Virus record (IMG/VR): IMGVR_UViG_3300030330_000851
Coordinates: 1 to 59,105 of that record
Length of the DNA stretch: 59,105 nt
Reading direction: 5' to 3' (one strand)
Origin: a virus
Taxonomy: Duplodnaviria; Caudoviricetes
Shown: piece by piece, positions 30,391 to 39,300 of the stretch
How the letters are laid out: each line of letters opens with the position of its first letter
How positions within the stretch are numbered: the first letter of the stretch is position 1
The notes under the pieces: model-generated
Seen by the model: the letters and a program-made list of their open reading frames with translations, nothing else
Database searches by the model: none
What the model was told of the DNA's origin: nothing
Made by a program: the position numbers and the translations under genes

Positions 30391-33300
30391 ATGAACGAAG
30401 AAGCAATACAAAGGTTTTATGAGCTATTCCAACAAGATGGGTACACAAAAAGTTTGGATGAGTTCAAACAGTTAATGCGTACAAATGAAGAAGCACAAGA
30501 AGTGGCTTATGAATTAGCGTTAGGTGATGGGTATACTAAATACTTTGATGACTTTAAACTTTTAGTGGGTGCGACCATGGATGATAGGCAGCGGGAAGAA
30601 GCAAGAATATATAATGAGAGGTTAGAGATGCAAGCTGCGGAGCAAAAAAAAAAAGAAGATATGGAATCGTTATTGGAGCCTTCTTCTTCGGAGTCACGTA
30701 CGGATGATTCTTTACGAGTATCCTATCCTATGGAAACTACATGGGAAGGAGCTGAAGCTACGGTAGACCCGGCTGCACCTTTACAAGCTACCACCGAAAA
30801 CATGAAACAATTTGCTCAGATTAGAGAGCAAATGAAAGTTGAGAACAGAATAAAAGCTGCACAAAAACAATACCCTGAATTATTTGAAGACTTTGAACTA
30901 TCCTATAGAAACTACGACACAGGGGATGCGAAAAAAGATTTGGTAAGAGACCAAAGGAATTTATTACTAATAGAAATGCCTCCCGAAGAATTGAAAAGAC
31001 TTTCGGATTTGCATAAACAACAAAAATCTATATATAAACAAATTCCAAATGTAAAATATCCTGAAGCAACTAAAGAATACAAGAAATGGCGACAGATTTC
31101 AAACGAGATATCTGAAATAAATAATAAGTATTTAGTAAGATATTCTCCACTTGGAGACGTAGATAAATTTGAACAAGGCAGACTTTCAAATCTTACTCAA
31201 GGAAAAGAACAGTTAGAATATCTTCAATCACGCGCTAGAGATAGAGCAGAAAGAAAAGAAGCAAAGAGAGATAGGTGGAAAGAGTCAGTAGATAAATACA
31301 TAACCGAAGATTTAGCAGGACAAGAAGAAGAAGAGGTTGTTTCTTTTTTAAAGAATCAATTTGGTGACAGTGGTTTTTCCTTTCAACAAGTAGATACTGA
31401 TTTAGGTTTATTTGAGGTAGATATGGGAGATGCAATGAGAGTGGTTGCTCCTAATGGTGCTGATATAGAAATAGATTTAGATACTGTAATGAGTGAGGGA
31501 GAAGAAGCAGAGAAGTTAAAAAACTTTATGATGGCTAACCGACCTGCTAAAGTTTCTAACACGATTCAAAAAAGATATAACAATGAACAAGATGTAAAAG
31601 AAGGAATGGACTATGTGAAGTCATTAAACAATTCTTATGTAAAGTCTTCTCGAAACCTTGATAAATTTCAAGAACTTTACTACAATCAACGCAGACAATG
31701 GGAGGCTCTATCTACCGACCAAAAGAATACTCCTGAAGGAAACGCGTTGTTTAATGAAATGATGAATAGTCAAGAAGGGTATAACACTGCCAAAAAAAAT
31801 GTAGAGTTAGATAAAAAGAAACTTGCAAAAGAATCTCAGGAAGTAGACTATTTAGCAGGGAAATATCTTGCGTATAAAAACGACCCGGATAGAGGCAGTT
31901 ATGCAGGCGCTTTATATAACTCGGCTCTTGGATTAGTAGACCATACCGCGGGGGCTACAGTCTCTATAAGTAATTTAATCGCAGACAAAGTGGTTAAGCC
32001 TATGATAAAAAAAAATCTTCCGGGTTTAACCAAAGAAGAACTTGAAGGTATAGATAATAATGAGTATTCAAAAGAACTACTTGAAAAAGCTCGAGGCGTA
32101 ACAGATGCTATTAAAGCAAAAGACCAAGAAGCTTTTGCTGAAGAGTGGAAAAAGTCAACTCCCGGTATGGTGCTTACCTCGGTAGCAGAGTTTCTTCCTG
32201 CTATGGCAGCAGGTCCACTCTCTATACCTCTCATTGGTCTATCATCTATGGATATGTTTGCTCAAGAAATGGAGTCTATAGAAGCATTTGATAATGTGGA
32301 TGATGGGGAGAAATTAGCATTAGCTGCAGCACTTGCAATACCAATGGCGTTGTTGGAACGAATTGGTTTTACCAATGCTGCTATAAAAAGTTCACCTAAA
32401 ATTTTAAACTACTTAATGGCTAAGGGTGTAATGGGTGCGGAGAAAGCAGGGATGAAGATGAGTCATAAAGCCATAACAAAAGCAACAATAGAGGAAATTG
32501 AAAACAGTGGGTTAAGAGGACTAGCTAAAATGGGAGCGGCAGGATTAGCTGAGTTTGAGACAGGACTTGCACAGGGGATGGTTGAAGGAGGAACTAAGTG
32601 GGCGTATGATTTTTTAAAGGACAAAAAAATGTATGATGCTCCTGACCTTACCACCGCTAAAGGATGGGGTGATTGGGCAATTAACTCTTTAGAGAGTGGG
32701 TACTATGAAATGTTGGGAGGTTTGGTCATGGGTGTTCCTGTGGGTCTAGCCTCAGCAGTTACAAAAAAAGACTTCACGCAGATTGATGATGCGTCATGGG
32801 AGTTGTTTAAACAAATTAAAGACGACCCAACTCTTTTGAATTTAAGTGAGCAAGATTTTATACAGAAGATTGCTTTAGGCAAGGCAAGTAAAGCGGATGC
32901 AATAAGAGTGAGAGATAACTTTCGCGAAGCCGTTAACATATATAATAAAATACCTGAGCCTGACACTTATTCAACAAACCAACAGAAACAAATCATGGGG
33001 CTTCTATTAAGGAAGGCACAGTTGGAGGCTAGAAAAAAAGGCAAAGACCCAACCTTAGCGTTGAAAGAAGATGCGGAGATTGATAGCATAAATAAAAAGT
33101 TAGCTGCCTTATCAGAAAGTGCGGGAGATGCTGCGATAGATGAGAGGAGAATGAAAGAAAACATTAAGGAAGAGTTTAGTAATTTAAAAGAGGATGATGA
33201 AATAGAATTGGTTGTAGAGAAACTTGAAGATATCCCTGAACAATATAGGGAGACAGCGACGAAGCAACAAACAGGAGACGCAAAGATAGAAGTTAATTCT

Positions 33301-36300
33301 TTGGTGGCAGGTTTGCCTATAGGTAAAACTTCTTCTTCAGTGTCCGGAGATTTTTACACATATAAATTAACAGGAAAACAAATAAACGATGCCATTCAAG
33401 AGCAAAGCACAACTGACATGGATGCGCCTCAATCAACCACAGATGTACAAGAAGTGGAGGTCGGAACATCCGCGGCAGGACCTGAAGTCACTGCCACAGA
33501 AGAAATCAAAGTTACGGACGAGGAGAAAGCAGGGTTAAATAATCTTGGCTTTACAGACGAGATGATAGAGGTGATGACGCCTGAAGATGTTGACATAGCT
33601 AAAACATATACTGACCCTGCTCAAGCGACAGAGATGAAGCAGAAGTATGAGGAAGATATGCAGCGACTTAAAGAGTTACAAGCAGAAGGAACAGAAGGAG
33701 GGAGAGTAGAGGCAGTTACGGCTGTCGAAGGAGATGCTGTGGTCAACAACAGGGGGCAGGTTACACTTACTAAAAATCAGGAGAAGCTTGTTAAGAGAGC
33801 TAAGAATGTAGCTAAGTCTTTAAAAGGGTTAATACCTAAATTGAAAATAGTAACTCATGCTACCAATGCCGATTACTTTGAGGCTATAAATGAAAAAGAA
33901 ACAGATAAGAATAGATTTGAAAGGGGGGAGTTTGATTCAAAAACAAATACCATTCATATCAACTTACAAAATGCTGATGGGTCTACGGTATTTCATGAGG
34001 GCGTCCATGCTTTGTTATATAGTAAGTTCAGCAATAGTGTTCTTCAAAAAGTAATAAGCGATGACCTTATTGCTAAACTTGTAAGAGTAATACCTAAAGG
34101 AAGTTTCACTATACAACGTAGGCTTTTACTACCTAATGGAGAGTCGGCGTTTGAAACAGTAGACATGCATCAATATTTAAAAGATGTTGCGTCGGACTAT
34201 AAGAAAGCAAACGTTAAAGAGATATCAGAGGAGCAGTTAGCTGAGGTGTTTGGTGCATTGGCTTCACAATACAACTCAATGACGGTTAGTCAGAAGTCAG
34301 TTATTACAAAGTTTTTCGCTAAAGTTTATAAGTTTTTTGGAGGGAAAGGAGATATCAATTCATTTACTAATGACGATGTGGCTGTTGTAAACCTGTTAAA
34401 CTCTTTAGCATTTAAGATGCGTACAGGAGAGGAGATTATAGAGGATGATGTGACTGTGTTAAAGGACGCTGAACAGAGAGCGATAGAAGGTACGGCTGAA
34501 ACAACTACAGAGAAGTCACCTAAGACTAAGACTAAAGGGAGACCAAAACAAACAGTTGAGGAATTGCTAAAAGAAAGAAGCGAGTTGGAAGAATATCTAA
34601 TGATGCACCCCAAGAAGCGTTATATAGCAAAGAAAGAAAGAATAAAAATAAATAAAAGATTACAAGCTATAGACAACTTGTTACTAAAAAGAGACAAAGA
34701 AGATAGACAAAAAACCAAGACTAAAGGGAAGTTGATGAAGGAAGGTAAGTCTCATATCTTTGTTAAGAAATACCCTGACTCTAAAACAGGATTCAAGCTT
34801 ACAATTAAAGAAGTATTGCCCAATAATTTAATTAGGTTTGAGAAAAATAAAAACATAAACAATACCAACAACTTATTTAGAAAAGACAATGAGGGTAACT
34901 ATGTAGAAGTATTGCCGGGTAATAAGACAGGTCAGGTAATAGGATTCAAACCTGCTAAAACTAAAGCAGCACCTGTTGAAACAACTACTGAGGCGGTAGA
35001 AGAAGGTGTTAACGCTGAGATAGAATTGGAAATAGCACAGGTAGAATTTGAGATAGAAGAGGCTGAACAACTCATAGAGGAAATTCAAATAGAGATTAAC
35101 AATATAAAATCTAACTTCAAGGAGGATGTTGACAAGCTAAAAGCGAGGGGCAAGAAGTTTATGAAGACAGACGAATATGCTGAGGAGTTAGAAGAACTAA
35201 AGTATAGTAGAGATGGAAACCTTGAGTCATACAATGATGATTTAAAAGAGGCAAGGTCTGACAAAAGAAAGTTAGAAACGAAAAAGAAAAAATTAGAAGC
35301 GAAGTTAACCCCCACCTCACGTAAGCAGGTAGCTGCAAAGGAGGTAGATATGGTGTTTGATATTGAAGCAAATAAAAATGTATTAGATAAGGTTGGTAGT
35401 AAAAAAGATTATGTGGAATATTTAAAATCCACATTAACATTTCCTCAGATATTTGTTCATAATACTTTAAGACCTTTTGAAGAATTTGATAGTGACCTTA
35501 CAACCACAGGGACAAAAGACTTAGGTAAAGGCTTGTATGTTTCCGATATTAAAAATTCTAATCAATGGAAAGCTTATCAATCCCTTGAAGGGCGGAAAGG
35601 TAATACAATATTAAAAGAGAACATAACTTCTTTGGCTTCACAAGTAGGGTTGACTGAAGAATATTTGAAAAGTTTATACACCAAAAATTTTCAAGAAAAG
35701 AAAAAACAAATTCAAAATAAACTCCGTAAAGAAAATCCTAATCTATCTGAACAGCAGTTAAAAAATGAAACCGCTATGCTCCTAATGGAAGATGCTGCTA
35801 TGAGCTACGATAAAATTGGTATCATTGAAAATGCACTTAAAGAAAATGATGCAAAGATAAAGGGAGATACAAAACAACTCAGTAGGTTAAAAGAATTATT
35901 AAGTAAATATAAAAAAGTAAAAGATGTAGAAATTCTTGATGAACCTACACAGCAATACTATGGATACATTGGTGAGCAAGCTCCTGTTCAAGTGGATGAT
36001 ATGTATAGAGATGAAGGAGAAACGGATGCTACCTTTGTTATGAAGGGAGAAGAAGATAATGTTAGTGAGGCAATATTCAAAGACAAAAAAGATTACATTA
36101 GACTTGGAAGTAAAGAAGATGTAAAAAGGTTTAAAGAGTTTATGTCTACCCCCACCTCACGGAAGCAGATAGCTGCAAAGGAGGATATTATTTTTGATGG
36201 TAAAAAAATATCAAAGGAGGATTTAGGAAAACGTTATAAGGAAATCCGAAGTGATAATTATTTAATACCAATAAAACAAATAGGAAATTACATTACATAT

Positions 36301-39300
36301 AATGGAGATAACTCTCAAATAAAAGAGGTAGTTGACATTATAAATGAAAGGGTAAGTCCAAAAAAAAAGACAGGAAATTATAGCGAAAGATTTATAAATT
36401 CTTTGCAAAGATTTGCTTTTGACAGTGGGACACCAAGAAAGTTTGCGTCTGCTATTAGAAAAAGTTTTGACCCTAACTTTACGTCTGCCACTCAGAAAGA
36501 AAACATACGATACGGAAAATTTAAAAACTTTCAAGACCGGCTTGATTACTTTGAAATAACCAAAACTTATACTCCTACTCTTACCACACAGCAAGTAGAT
36601 AATGATTATAATAAAAAGGTAGAAGCATTTGCTAAAGAATATGGATATAAGATACCGGAGTCTTACAACTATGACAAGAAAGCACCCACCTCACGTAAGC
36701 AGGTAGCTGCTAAGGAGTCAGTCGCTCCTATGAAAGTCAATGAGGAGTTCAGTAAGATGACACCTGCACAGAAAAGAAAACAGATTGGTGGTAGGTTTGG
36801 TAATCTATCTTTAGAACTTAGGAAAGGTTTGTTTAGAGCAAAGCAGGCATACAAGTATGCTGATGAATATGAGAGACTTAGAAAGAGCAACAAGATTAGA
36901 GACATAGAATTGTTTGAGAAGAAGTATCAACAGAATCCTCCCATGACTGAACAAAAAATATTTCTTAACTCAGGAGGATGGTATCGTGGTGTAGACGGTG
37001 AGTATAGATATGAGATACCTGATGGTAAGTTAGTTAAAGGAACGTACCAAGAGTTTACAAAACAGTCGCTGTCTGAGCCGGAGAATAGAGAAGCAAGACT
37101 TGATGAGATATATATAGCTCCTGAACTTTATAAAACCTATCCACAAATCGCAGACATTATGGTGCAGTTTGAACCTATGGTAACAGTAAAGAAAAGAGGC
37201 AAGGTTGAAAAAAACACTGCAACAGTAGGTTACTTTAGTAACCGGAACCAACTTATTGTAATTAATACTAATGAGTCAGACTTTGCTGAAGCTAATCCAA
37301 CGCAACAAAGGAATCTTATTTTTTACACTCTCCTTCATGAAATACAACATGCTATACAACTCATAGAAGGATTTGCATTAGGCGCAAGTGATAAAGAAAG
37401 TAAAGCAGGTCGTGGTAAAAGAGTTACAGAAAAGTGGAATCAAGGTAAAGAAGATTTAACTAAAGAAAGAATTTTTCAGTCAAGATATCACAAGGACTTG
37501 AGAAAAAAGTATGAAACCTTTAGAATAAATAAGGAGTTTGTAGGTCACTTTATAAGGGTGCTAAATAAACTTAGTGCTAAGCGTTATAATGAAGAGTTTT
37601 TTAAATTATTAAAAAGTGGTAACAAAGGAAAAGACTTGGTCTCTATATTAAAAACCCTTTATCTAGAAGGAGGAGAGAAAATATATAAGGAGTTAGCTGC
37701 TGATGCGAGGTACTTTCATAAGGAAGTAAGCGGCAGAAAGATAAAAATGACTCAAGAATCTCTTGGAAACTTCCTTGATAAAATGTTAGACTTTTCTGCG
37801 TTAAACGGGATGACAGAGGCTACAGATATTGAAGATGTTAGTAGACGTCTTATTAAAATGTTAGAACTATATGATTCTTTTAATATGTACTCACGAACAT
37901 ATGGAGAAATAGAATCAAGGAATGTAGAGGAACGAGCAAGAAAGAAAAAAGAATTAGCTGTTTTAAAATCTAAGATTGACAAGGTTGAAAGACTTGGAAT
38001 GAAAAAAGGTGTAGATGAATTAGAAAAGATAGAGAGAATAGAACAGCTAGAAGAGCAGTTGTATAGAGAGTTACCTACTGTACATGAAGACTCGCAAGGT
38101 TTAATAGAAGGTGTTAACGAGGAACTACAGGGTCCATATATAATGAAAACCCAACCGAGGGGGAGGATGAAAAAAGTTGCGCCTAAAAAACAGACACAGC
38201 TTACTACAACAGAAGAAAATGTTCAGGATATAGAAAGGATTCAAAGCATTAGTAGAAAACAATTACCTCCCAAGACAGCGTCACTTGAAGATATTGTGGC
38301 ATGGGGTAGAGAGAGAGGTGAAAAAGATTCTGTGATTAGAATGTTATTAAAGAGCCGTGGGTTCGGTACACTGTCAGAGATTGATGACGCCATGAGAAAA
38401 ACAATGGAGATGAAGGCTATGCCGACTGAACTCGCAAGTATATTAGGTGGTATAAAGAAAGGAGAGGAATTGTTTAAAGATGTCATGACTAAGTTTTATG
38501 ACGCCACCATGGAAACCAAGGAAGTAACAGGAGAAAGTAAAGAGAGAATAGCTAAAGCTAAAAAAATAATGTTAAACAATCCTCAAGAGTATGGTAATGA
38601 AAAGGATGGAGTGTTTATTAAAAAAGATAAAGAGGGTAATGTTATCAGGAAACAGACCCTTGACATAACTAAAGCAAAGGGTGGTGTTAAAATAATAACA
38701 GCTACTGAAGTATTAGGTGTACCACGAACATCTATGGAAACGGTATTTACAAAGTCATTAGGAAAGAGAAGAGAGATTCTTCAAGACTTGTTAAAGAAAA
38801 ACCCCGTATACAAAAACCTAAGTGAGTATGAAAAGGCTACAGTTGAGTCAGCTTTAGATAGAGTATTAAACACAAGGGCTAACCCTACTGTGCAACAAAG
38901 AATAGAAGCAGCACGAAGAGTTAAGCGAGCCGTCGAAAAGAATCAAAAGGATGTGCAAGAGTTGCGTAACCGATTAACCGCACTGATAAGAGAGTCTCTT
39001 CCAAAGGTTATGAAAAACGCAGAGTCTACTAAAAACCTAAACAGATTACTTAGAATTATTTCTAAAGGAACTAAAGATACTGTTCTAACAGATACCGAAA
39101 AGATATTAAAAGAAATAGAAACAATAAATAAAAAGGAAGCCACTACAATTAAAGATAAGATTAGAAAAATTATAAAAGCAAAGTCACGTAGCGACTACCA
39201 AAAAATTGGTGTTGATGCTACAACACATCAGTTCTTTCAAGCTTTAAACAGGATGTTGAAAATCGTAGAGGTTAATGCTAAGGATGTAGACTTATTAGAG

